A stretch of 64,000 nt of DNA from an uncultured Acidobacteriota bacterium (GTDB lineage: Bacteria; Acidobacteriota; Thermoanaerobaculia; Gp7-AA8). Position 1 is the stretch's first letter; each line of letters starts with the position of its first letter. The translations under genes were made by a program, and so were the position numbers. The notes under the pieces are model-generated. The model was not told where the DNA came from. It made no database searches and was given only the letters and a program-made list of their open reading frames with translations. Positions 24,322 through 33,378 of the stretch are shown one piece after another. The stretch covers positions 1,184,001 to 1,248,000 of the forward strand of contig CAWGHO010000002.1 in the NCBI GenBank assembly GCA_963822445.1, given 5' to 3'.

Positions 24322-26239
24322 ATGCTGACGGATGACGTGCCGCGGGAGCCTTCGGAGGGCAGCGAGCGCCTTCGAGGCGCCGCGGTCTGGGCGGCGTACG
24401 GCGCTGTCGAGGCGTTGCTCGCGATCATGCTTCGCCGCGGGATGTTCGCGTCGACGTTCGTTCCGCGCCGACGATCGCTACACGCTGTTCCTGCTGGTTC
24501 TGTATCCGCTCGTGGGCGCAGTGCTCGGTCGCTTTGCCGTTTACGGACTGGCGATCGCCTTCGTTGCGAATGCCTTTCTCGTCATGAGCTGGACCGCGCT
24601 CGCGGCGCCGGTCCTGAGCGCGGCCATTGCCGTGGTGATGTTCCGCAAGAATCCGTGGGTCGTCAGTCTGCTTCTCCTCGCACCGATGTGGGCTGGTCGC
24701 GAGATCGGACACTTCTACACCTTCAGGACGAAAGCACTTCTCGCCGGTGCCGCGATCATCGCAGTCATGCTCCTCGGTCTCCTCGGCAGGAAAGTGCGTT
24801 GGTCGCTGAAGCCTTTGGGGACGGTCGCGATCTTCGCGCTGACCATGATCGCGGCGATGTTCGTCAATGTGCGGCCGCCGCGCGACCTCGAGCCGGAGCA
24901 ACCGCCGCCGAGCGTGACCTCACCGAACATCGTCCTCATCGTGATGGACACCGTGCGCGCCGATCACCTTTCGGTGTACGGATACGGCCGAAACACGACG
25001 CCGCATCTCGCGAACTTCGCGAAGACGGCGACGGTCTACGCCCGGGCTTACTCGCCTTCGAACATGACCCTGCCTTCGCATGCGTCGATCTTCACCGGCC
25101 TCTATGGAAGCGAGCACACCGCGCACTACGACGAAGGATGGAACATCGGACGCCCGCTCCCGCCGCAAGCGATTACGGCCGCTGAGTTTCTGTCCGCACG
25201 CGGCTACGCCACCGCCTCCATCGTTGCGAACGGGTACCTCGGCGAAGGCTTCGGCCTCGATCAGGGATTCCAGCACCTGGACGCGCGGCCACCGTGGATG
25301 CCCTACGGTCTGGCGTCGGACTTCTATCTCCGGTCTGGCATCGCTGCCGTCGCTTCGCGGGTCGTCGAGCTGCCTCGGCACACGAGGAAGCTTTCGCGCG
25401 GCGGCGAGGAGATCAGCGACCTCGCGCTCGAGTATCTCGATCGCGTGACGGGTAAGCGGCGGCCGTTTTTCCTGGTCCTCAATTACCTCGATGCCCACCA
25501 TCCCTACACCCCGTCCCCGCCGTACGACACGATGTTCCCCGGTCACGACGCGACGCAGCCGGCCGATCTGGAGACTCGCCTGGTCGGGGACTTCACCCGC
25601 GGCGCAGGCAGGATCACGCCGCGCGAGCGCGCTCATCTGATCTCCCAGTACGACGGCTCGATTGCGTATGCGGACGTGCAGATCGCCCGCGTTTTCGCGG
25701 CATTGCGACAGCGCGGCGTTTACGACCGGACTCTGATCATCGTGCTTTCGGATCACGGCGAGGCCTTCGGCGAGCATGGCGTCTTCACCCACGGCCTCAC
25801 GAACTACGAGCCCGAGACCCACGTGCCGCTGATCGTGAAGAAGCCCGGGCAAACCGACGGCGAAGTCGTCGCGGCGCCGGCCAGCCTGCTCCACGTGTGG
25901 CCGCTGCTGACCTCGATGCCTCCGCCGACGGCGATCATCACCGAGTCGTTTCCGATGCGCGGTCGCCACGCCACGCTTCCGACGCGCCGCGCTGGGACGG
26001 CGATGATCGAAGGCACGCTGAAGACGATTGTGAACGTGAACGGCAGCGTCGAAAGCTACGACGTCGCCGCCGACCCCGGCGAATCGCGCAATCTCGCGCC
26101 GAGCGCCGACTCCCAGCGGATGGCCGCGGAGATTGCCGCGTGGCGCCGGTCGCTCCGTGGGATCGAGGGCGCGACGCCCGCGCGTGCGATCGATCCGGAA
26201 CTGCTCCGTCGTCTGCGCGCGCTGGGATACATTCGGTAA
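24322..26239 (+). CDS. Membrane-anchored sulfatase-like hydrolase/transferase, apparent frameshift at ~24466
   Basis: Multiple N-terminal TM helices, PNIVLIVMDTVRADH, TLPSHASIFTG, DAHHPY, SDHGE; N-terminus lies in ORF 24271, the rest in ORF 24332. Confidence 0.85.
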
Positions 26240-26247
26240 CGTGCCGC

Positions 26248-27756
26248 TCAGCCCCTCGTGAACCGCACCAGGTCCTCGAGCGTATCGATGTCGCCGGTCA
26301 TCGCGAACGGAATCGTGACCACATCGCGATCGAGGTGACGGATCAACTGGCGCGCGCCGACGTCGCCGCCGAGGGTTTTCAGGGCGGGGAAGAGCTCCGC
26401 GTGGAAGAGCGCCGGCACGCCCGGACCCTCGGGATAGCGCGCCGCGACGACGGGGGCGCGGGTCGCGCGATAGGCGTCGAGAAGTCTGCGCACGACATCC
26501 GCGGAGACGCCCGGCTGATCGCAGAGCATCAGCATGATCGTTTCAACGGGACGATCGCGCCGTTCGATGGCGTCGATCGCCGCGCGGATCGAGGAGGCGA
26601 TCCCTTCCTTCCAGGCGTCGTTGACCACCAGCTCGACCGGAAGACCGTCGAGCGCCTTGCGAATGCGAATGACCTCGGCACCAACGACCACGTAAACCGG
26701 CCCACTGTTCGCCGCGAGGGCGGCTTCGGCTGCGCGGCGGACGAGCGACTGCCCTTCGATCTCCACGAGCTGTTTCGGGCGTCCCAAACGGCGCGAGCCG
26801 CCCGCGGCGAGAATCACCACCGCGCTCTCGTCCGACGCGTCGTGAATCCGGCCGTGTCGATTGCGCAGTGCCGTCGCAGTCGTTTGCCGCAGCACCGATT
26901 GGATCTCGGCGATGATCGAAAGAGCAATCTCAGAAGGCGCGTCAGCGCCCAGGTCGAGACCGGCCGGCGCGCGCAACGAATCGGCCGGGACATCCGCTTC
27001 GGCAATCAGCCGCTGTGCGCGCTCGCGCGAACCGACGACGCCCAGATAGGCGGGCCGCAACGGCGCGAGTTGTTTGATCAGTTCCACATCGCGAAGGTAG
27101 TGGTGCGTCATCACCACCACGGCGGACGGCGACGGGTACGAGAAGCGCGAAGGAAGGTCTTCCGTCGGCGCGATCTCGATCGAATCCGCGGACGCAAATC
27201 GAACATCCGACGCGACAAACGGACGGTGATCGGCAATGCGCACGCACCACCCGAGTTGTTTGGCGAAGCGGAGCAGATCCTCAGCCGCCGGTGACGCACC
27301 GAAGATGAACAGCGAAGTGCGCGACACGATCGGCTGCACGAACGCGCCCGCAGGAGCGTCAGCCACGTTTCCCACAAAAGTCTGGCCGTCAGGCCAGGGC
27401 GTGATGACAGCGCCGCCGTTCAACAGCTGGTCATGCAGCGTTTCCGGAAGCGGCTCGATGAACACGGCCACTTCTCCCTGGCAGCCACTGCCCATGCCGA
27501 AGATCAGATCGTCGTCGGCCGACTTGAAACGCATGAGTGTCGTTTCGCGCGTAGCGATCACATTCAGCGCTCGCTCGATGATGTCGGCTTCCAGACAGCC
27601 GCCGCTGATGGCGCCCCAGGTCTTCCGATCGTGCCGCACGAGCAGCCGTGCACCTGCGCGGCGGTAGGTCGACCCCTTCGTCTCCACCACCGTCGCCAGC
27701 GCGCAATCGCCGCCGCCGGCGGCGCGCCACTCATCGAGGATGCGCAACAGTTCCAC
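26248..27756 (-). CDS. XdhC/CoxI Mo-cofactor chaperone fused to MocA-like Mo-cofactor cytidylyltransferase
   Basis: ATVVETKGSTYRRAGA, SGGCLE, GCQG, PAGLDLGA..P.EIALSI, then LAAGGSRRLGRPKQL, LCDQP, GDVGAR, DIDT. Confidence 0.92.
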   Translation of the reverse strand: MELLRILDEWRAAGGGDCALATVVETKGSTYRRAGARLLVRHDRKTWGAISGGCLEADIIERALNVIATRETTLMRFKSADDDLIFGMGSGCQGEVAVFIEPLPETLHDQLLNGGAVITPWPDGQTFVGNVADAPAGAFVQPIVSRTSLFIFGASPAAEDLLRFAKQLGWCVRIADHRPFVASDVRFASADSIEIAPTEDLPSRFSYPSPSAVVVMTHHYLRDVELIKQLAPLRPAYLGVVGSRERAQRLIAEADVPADSLRAPAGLDLGADAPSEIALSIIAEIQSVLRQTTATALRNRHGRIHDASDESAVVILAAGGSRRLGRPKQLVEIEGQSLVRRAAEAALAANSGPVYVVVGAEVIRIRKALDGLPVELVVNDAWKEGIASSIRAAIDAIERRDRPVETIMLMLCDQPGVSADVVRRLLDAYRATRAPVVAARYPEGPGVPALFHAELFPALKTLGGDVGARQLIRHLDRDVVTIPFAMTGDIDTLEDLVRFTRG

Positions 27757-27758
27757 GG

Positions 27759-28823
27759 TTAGACCTTCGCTCCCACCACCGTTCGCGGATCGTTGCGGTC
27801 CTCGCGCCACGCCGGATGGTTCACGTGATAGACGTGATCTCCGTTGAACGAAACCACGGCCGCGTCGAAGGTCATGGTGCCGATCTTCTTCCAGTTCGTG
27901 ATGTCGCGGCGTTCCTTGATCGGCAGGCCATGGGTCGTGCCCGTATCGGAGGTCTCGATGTCGAACACGAGCTTGCGCTTCGGCGCGGGATCGCCCGGAT
28001 CGTAGATGTGGGCCATGATCTCGTCGCGGAAGTCGATGTCGTCGCCGGGGATGACCGGCTGACCCGCGGCGACGGTGAGCTGCATGAATTCCGGAGCGCG
28101 CGTCGGGTCGGCGGGCGGTTTCCCCAGCTCGGCGATCTGGTAGACCTGCCGGATGGTCGGCTGTTTCTCGGCGATGTTCAGAACCATTCCGGTCAGAAGA
28201 AGGATGGGCATGCCGCTGCCGCGGCGGGAGACGGTCGTGTTCGGCGCGTTGCGCAGCTTCGCGCCGTTGATGGCCGGCGTGTCCTCGCCGCCGATGTCTT
28301 CCTGGGTGATGAAGCTCGCCGTCGGCAAAGGCTCGGGATGGTTCGGATCGGTGGTCGGATAGATGCGGCCGATCATCGACAGCGATCGCGTGTTGCCGCG
28401 CCGCGTTTCCGTGCAACACGTGGAGTAGCGGACGATCATCAGTCCGCGGCTCCCCTTGCGGAAGTAGCCCGTGTACGGCGTGTCTTCGGTGATCTCCCAC
28501 ATGCCGGTCATGCAGATGCCGTTTGCGTGCAGAAGACGGCGAAAGCCTTTCCCATCAGGTCCCCAGCGAAGATCGGAATCGGACGCGAGCACGCGTTTCG
28601 CCGCTGCGAGAAACTTCCACTTCCTGCCGCCGGGCAGCATGCCCTTGAGGAGCGGCATGAACGTGACCGGGAAGCGTTCCAGCGGCGCATTGCCCTTCGA
28701 GCCCCATACCTTTTGATAGGGGTTGGCGAAGATGGCATCGCGCACGACGCTGAAGCGCGAGCCGGCGAAGACCCGCTTGTCGGCGGCGGTGAACTCCTGG
28801 ATTCCGAGATCGTCTTCGGCCAT
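27759..28823 (-). CDS. Catalase-fold (heme-dependent catalase-like) hypothetical protein
   Basis: RRLLHANGIC..G.W.I, YTGYF, IVRYS match the N-terminal catalase-like pattern; ATG overlaps the upstream stop. Confidence 0.6.
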   Translation of the reverse strand: MAEDDLGIQEFTAADKRVFAGSRFSVVRDAIFANPYQKVWGSKGNAPLERFPVTFMPLLKGMLPGGRKWKFLAAAKRVLASDSDLRWGPDGKGFRRLLHANGICMTGMWEITEDTPYTGYFRKGSRGLMIVRYSTCCTETRRGNTRSLSMIGRIYPTTDPNHPEPLPTASFITQEDIGGEDTPAINGAKLRNAPNTTVSRRGSGMPILLLTGMVLNIAEKQPTIRQVYQIAELGKPPADPTRAPEFMQLTVAAGQPVIPGDDIDFRDEIMAHIYDPGDPAPKRKLVFDIETSDTGTTHGLPIKERRDITNWKKIGTMTFDAAVVSFNGDHVYHVNHPAWREDRNDPRTVVGAKV

Positions 28824-31393
28824 CAGAGCACGACGATCCTGTTCCTGAACGGCATCTCGCGGATGCGAGGTCCGCCCGCGGCGACGATCGCGTTGGCCAG
28901 GGCCGGGGCCACCGCCGGAGTCGGAGGCTCGCCGACGCCGCTCGGCGGATGGTCGCTCTCCATGATGTGCACGGACATCTTCGGCGTCTGGTGGATGCGC
29001 AGCACTGGGTAGTCATCGAAGTTGTGCTGTTCGACGGCTCCGTCCTTTACCGTGATCTCGCCGAGCAGCGCGTAGCTCAGACCGTAAACGATGCCGCCCT
29101 CCATCTGGGCCCGAACGCGATCGGGATTGACGGCGAGACCGCAATCGATCACGCCGCAGATCTCGTTGATGGTGAGCTCGTTCTTGTCATTGAGCGAGAC
29201 GTCGGCCACGATGGCCACGTAGCTGAGGAAGCTCCGGTGGGCGGCGATGCCGATGCCGCGGCCCTTCATTCCCTTGTACCGTCTGGCCTTCTCGTCCCAG
29301 CCGAACTCCTTCGCCGCCCGCTCCACCACTGCCCGTAGCCGCTGCGTGTGGGGCGGAAAAGCCTGCACGATCTCCATCAACTGCCCCTGCTCGTCCGGCA
29401 AATTGACGGTCTCGAGTGGCAGCTCGTTATTGCGGTATTGCTTGACCCCCTCGGATGCCAGCACGCGGCTGAGGTCGCGCCCCTTCCCGATCAGCTCGAG
29501 CAGATAGTCCTTGGAATCGCGTCCGGCAGCGCGCGCGAGCTCGTCGGCGAACGAGCAGATGCCGAAGGCGTGGTAGATGTTGGCGACGGAGCGCATCCAC
29601 CCGACCCGGATATGGTTCTCTGCCTTGCAGTTCTCGAGGCGCAGGTTCGGGATGTCGAAGGGCATGTCCTCGAGACCCTGCGCGCGCTCGATCCCGGAGG
29701 CGAATCCGTCTTCGCCGCCATCCGCGGTCGCCGCACGCAGTTTCGCCTGCTCGGGAGGAAAGAGCGTCCCGAAGAACGAGGTGAGCGCGCTGCGCTGCAG
29801 CAGGGCCGTCGGACGGCCGTCGCCGTCGAGCGCCGCCTTCAGGTATTGCGTACTTACGGCGTTGTAGTAACTGAACTGGATGTCGTCCTCGCGAGTCCAC
29901 TGCACCCGGATGGGGACGCCGGGATTCTGCGCGGCCAGAAGCGCTGCCTCGCCGATGTAGTCGGGTTTGGACTTGCGTCCGAAACCGCCGCCCAGCAACG
30001 GCACGTGCAGCGTGACCCTCTTGCGGAGATCCGCGATCGTTTCCTCTTTCTCCCAATCCGACTCAGGGATCCCGAATGCCAAACAACCCGGGATCAGCTG
30101 CCCGTGATAGGGGTTCTGCGTGGGCGCCCAGAGCTCGAGCCGGTCCTTCTCGAGGAGGGCAATGGCCATCGGCGGCTCCATGGGCGCCTGGGCCAGGAGT
30201 GGGGCGTAGTAGCCGCCTTCGACGACCTTGGCGGCGGAGGCGAAAGCGCCATCGACATCGCCCTTCTCCCGCACAGTCTTCCCCGGGGCCGCGGTCGAGG
30301 CTTCGAGCTCTTTGCGGTAGGCCGACGACTCGTACGATTGATGAGGGCCGCGGTTCCATTTGATGTGCGGTCGAAGCGCCCTGCGCCCCTGGAGCGCCGC
30401 CCAGGTGTTGTCCGCCAGAACCGCGACGCCCGCGTGCGGCACGAACGCGCGCCCCACGCCGCCGGGCGCAACGGTCGAAGGGAGGACGGCGGTCACACTT
30501 CGGACACCCGGCACAGCGAGTGCCGCGGTCGGATCGAAGCTGTCGAGTTGCCCGTTAGCCACGGGGCAGCGCTCGATCATCGCCGTGAGCATCCCGCGCA
30601 GCTTGATGTCGGAACCGTAGACCGCCTTCCCAGTGACCATGCTTGGGGCATCGTCGAATGGAATGTTCTTGCCGATGAAGCGCCACTCCGCCGGCTTCTT
30701 GAGCGCCTTCACGACCTCGCCGAAAGACGGGATCGGCTCCTTGGCGGCGTGAAGCAGCAGGCGCTTGCTACTGAAGTCCACGGAGCGGCCGCTGGGCTCG
30801 TGGTAGATCTTGTGCTGCCGCGCCCGGCACTCGCTGGCGTCGACTCCCATCACCTTCGCCGCCGCGCGCTCGAAGACGAGCCGCGTGCCGGCGCCCGTGA
30901 GCCGCATGATCTGGAAGTAGGCGGCCATGCTTCGCGAGCTGTCAGCGAACTGCGATGCCAAGGGCGGGATGAGGTACCGCGTAGTCTTTTGAGCGGGCAG
31001 TTCCTCGTAGGGAAACGGCAGTTTGAGATCCTCCGCCATCTTGAGAGGGGACTCGACCGCGAACGCGACCGAGTCGGCATCCGGCTGGTGCAGCTTGACC
31101 CGGCTCCAGTCGGCCTCGAGCTCGTCGGCCAGGACGGCTGCAAGACTGGAGCGGATGCCCTGGCCCATCTCCGGGCGGTGGGTGACGATGACAATGGTGC
31201 CGTCCAGCGGCTGAAGAGCGACGAACGGGCTGAGGGTGACGCGGTTGTGAAGGAGCTCTTTGATTTTGCTGAGCGTGCCGGTCTCTGCGGCCTGGAGCTC
31301 GTGGGGCGAGAAATAGCAGCCGAACACGACGGCCCCGGTGCCGACACCGAGATCGCGAAGAAAGTCTCTGCGGGTGACCCGGTAGATACTCAC
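28823..31393 (-). CDS. Xanthine dehydrogenase-family molybdopterin subunit (IorB-like) with Tat signal
   Basis: TRRDFL twin-arginine motif; EMGQG, APMEP, GGGFGRK, WMRSV, DCG.AVNPD, QMEGG, GVGEP. Confidence 0.93.
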   Translation of the reverse strand: MSIYRVTRRDFLRDLGVGTGAVVFGCYFSPHELQAAETGTLSKIKELLHNRVTLSPFVALQPLDGTIVIVTHRPEMGQGIRSSLAAVLADELEADWSRVKLHQPDADSVAFAVESPLKMAEDLKLPFPYEELPAQKTTRYLIPPLASQFADSSRSMAAYFQIMRLTGAGTRLVFERAAAKVMGVDASECRARQHKIYHEPSGRSVDFSSKRLLLHAAKEPIPSFGEVVKALKKPAEWRFIGKNIPFDDAPSMVTGKAVYGSDIKLRGMLTAMIERCPVANGQLDSFDPTAALAVPGVRSVTAVLPSTVAPGGVGRAFVPHAGVAVLADNTWAALQGRRALRPHIKWNRGPHQSYESSAYRKELEASTAAPGKTVREKGDVDGAFASAAKVVEGGYYAPLLAQAPMEPPMAIALLEKDRLELWAPTQNPYHGQLIPGCLAFGIPESDWEKEETIADLRKRVTLHVPLLGGGFGRKSKPDYIGEAALLAAQNPGVPIRVQWTREDDIQFSYYNAVSTQYLKAALDGDGRPTALLQRSALTSFFGTLFPPEQAKLRAATADGGEDGFASGIERAQGLEDMPFDIPNLRLENCKAENHIRVGWMRSVANIYHAFGICSFADELARAAGRDSKDYLLELIGKGRDLSRVLASEGVKQYRNNELPLETVNLPDEQGQLMEIVQAFPPHTQRLRAVVERAAKEFGWDEKARRYKGMKGRGIGIAAHRSFLSYVAIVADVSLNDKNELTINEICGVIDCGLAVNPDRVRAQMEGGIVYGLSYALLGEITVKDGAVEQHNFDDYPVLRIHQTPKMSVHIMESDHPPSGVGEPPTPAVAPALANAIVAAGGPRIREMPFRNRIVVL

Positions 31394-31857
31394 GACGTCA
31401 CCCCCGAAGCCTTCTTGATCGCTTCGCGGATGCGCGGGTAGGTGCCGCAGCGGCAGATGTTGCCGCGCATGACGTCGTCGATCTGTTCGTCGCTCGGCAT
31501 CACGCCAGTCCTGCGACACATCTCGACGAGGGGCACCGAGGCCATGATCTGGCCGGGCTGACAGAAGCCGCACTGCGGCACGCCGTCCTCGATCCACATC
31601 AACTGGCATGGATGGTTGCCGCCGAGGCCCTCGATCGTGGTGATCTTCGAGAGCGCCGCGACGCCGACGTCGACGGCGCAGGAGCGGGTCGGCCGTCCGT
31701 TGAGGTGCACCGTGCAGGCGCCGCATTGCGCGACCCCGCAGCCGAACTTCGTGCCTGTGAGACCGAGCTCGTCGCGCAGGGCCCACAGCAACGGCATGTT
31801 GCCGTCGACGTTGACCGTTCGCACGGTGCCGTTGACGTGGAGCTGAAATACAGGCAT
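31390..31857 (-). CDS. (2Fe-2S)-binding small subunit (IorA/CoxS-like)
   Basis: GTKFGCGVAQCGACTV, ITTIEGL, QCGFCQPG, NICRCGTY. Confidence 0.96.
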   Translation of the reverse strand: MPVFQLHVNGTVRTVNVDGNMPLLWALRDELGLTGTKFGCGVAQCGACTVHLNGRPTRSCAVDVGVAALSKITTIEGLGGNHPCQLMWIEDGVPQCGFCQPGQIMASVPLVEMCRRTGVMPSDEQIDDVMRGNICRCGTYPRIREAIKKASGVTS

Positions 31858-31870
31858 CGAAAGCCTCCTC

Positions 31871-33364
31871 TCAGAATTTGCGGCGAAGCTCTACACGGAC
31901 GCCGTAGATGTTGTCCTGCTTCTCGAGCCAGCCATGCATGGCGTCGGCGCGGAAAATCCAGGCGTTATTGAGCGGCTGCTGGAAACGGACGCCGAGGGCG
32001 TACTGGTCTCCCAGTGGGCTGTCGCTCATGCGCTGAACCACGGCGCCTTCGACGACGAGCTGCCGCGTGATGACCCACAGCTTCTCCAGGCCCACTGCCA
32101 CGCCGAAGGAATCGTGCGCGCGTCCGTCGAGCGTCGGATAGCCGGTCAGGCCGTCGGACTCGAAGTTGATGCCGGTGTTGTTCAGGACACCGCCCGTCCC
32201 CGCGGCGCGCGCCAGCGACTGCGGGCTGTTGAAGCCGGCGAAGAAATTGGCGTACGGCACCAGGAATCCCGGGTCGCTCCTGTGGAACGAATTCTCGACC
32301 AGGAGCAGGACTCCGTCGGCCGTCTTGACCGCCCCCGACTGGCCGAAGTTGCCGATCAGACGGACGCTGTTCGACAGGCCGATCGTGTCGGTTGGCCGGT
32401 ACCGGCGCGTGAAGGCAGCGGTGACGTTGTGATAGCTCTGGTCGCTGTCGTCGGCGGCGACGTAGCCGTAGCCGTATTCGGCGTAGCCCTTCAGGAGGTC
32501 GGCGAATCCGGCCATGCCGAACATCTTCGCGTTGTCGCCCGGCGCGGCGTCGGTCGTCACCTTGTCGAAGGCGGCGAAGAACGTGAAGTCCATGTTGCTG
32601 ATGTCGAGTTTCGGATTGCTTCTCGCCGTGATGCCCATGGCGATGCCGTCGAAGGCATCGTTGAGCCAGATACCGTTCTGCGTGAAGAGCGGCACGCGGC
32701 CGAAGGCGATGGGCAGGTCGAACGTAGTCCTCTTGTTCGTGATGCCCTCGCGGATGGCGTTGACGTCGCCTTCGAAGAACAGCGTTTCGAGCTTGAAATC
32801 GAACTGGTCGATGAACTCGCTGTCACCGCCGCTGAACTGATAGCGCGTGAACGATGCGCCGTTGTCCAGCGGGCGCACGAAGGCGTGGATGCGCTCCGTG
32901 GCGGTAATGGCGAAATCCATGTCCAGGTTCAGGCGTACGGCAAGCGCGCCTTGCTGGGTGTCTCCGCCGGGAGGAGCCGTACCGTTGTCGTAAAAGGCGC
33001 CGCCGATGCGGAGGTCGCCGTAAGCCATGAAGTGGGAGTTGATGGGGTTTCTCTGGCCGAGGAACGTCGGCCGCGGTGTATACGCACCGCGGTCATAGAG
33101 ACGAATGCCCAGTTCGACCGGCATCTTGGCCGTCTTGTTCATGTGCTTGCCGCCGTAAATAGCCAGCTGGGCCTCGGCGTCGTAGGGCTCGTTCTCGAGG
33201 TTGGGATTGGGTCCGAACCACTCCTTCGGAGGTTCCCCCGGGAGCAGTTTTGCCTCGGGTGACATCTCCGGGGGGTGCTTGTCGTCAGCCACAGCATGCG
33301 GTGCCGCAGCGAACAAGAGCAGTCCGGCGAGCAGAAGATTCACGGTGCAGGCTTTCGCGTTCAT
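31871..33364 (-). CDS. Putative outer-membrane beta-barrel protein
   Basis: Signal peptide, many alternating amphipathic beta-strands, C-terminal YGVRVELRRKF ending in Phe (beta-signal-like). Confidence 0.7.
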   Translation of the reverse strand: MNAKACTVNLLLAGLLLFAAAPHAVADDKHPPEMSPEAKLLPGEPPKEWFGPNPNLENEPYDAEAQLAIYGGKHMNKTAKMPVELGIRLYDRGAYTPRPTFLGQRNPINSHFMAYGDLRIGGAFYDNGTAPPGGDTQQGALAVRLNLDMDFAITATERIHAFVRPLDNGASFTRYQFSGGDSEFIDQFDFKLETLFFEGDVNAIREGITNKRTTFDLPIAFGRVPLFTQNGIWLNDAFDGIAMGITARSNPKLDISNMDFTFFAAFDKVTTDAAPGDNAKMFGMAGFADLLKGYAEYGYGYVAADDSDQSYHNVTAAFTRRYRPTDTIGLSNSVRLIGNFGQSGAVKTADGVLLLVENSFHRSDPGFLVPYANFFAGFNSPQSLARAAGTGGVLNNTGINFESDGLTGYPTLDGRAHDSFGVAVGLEKLWVITRQLVVEGAVVQRMSDSPLGDQYALGVRFQQPLNNAWIFRADAMHGWLEKQDNIYGVRVELRRKF

Positions 33365-33378
33365 GCTCGTCCTCTCTC

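Noticed and set aside
27757-28500. Apparent 750-aa XdhC ORF and 987-aa IorB ORF with long N-terminal extensions
   Set aside because: The extensions overlap upstream genes in another frame; true starts are at 27756 and 31393.
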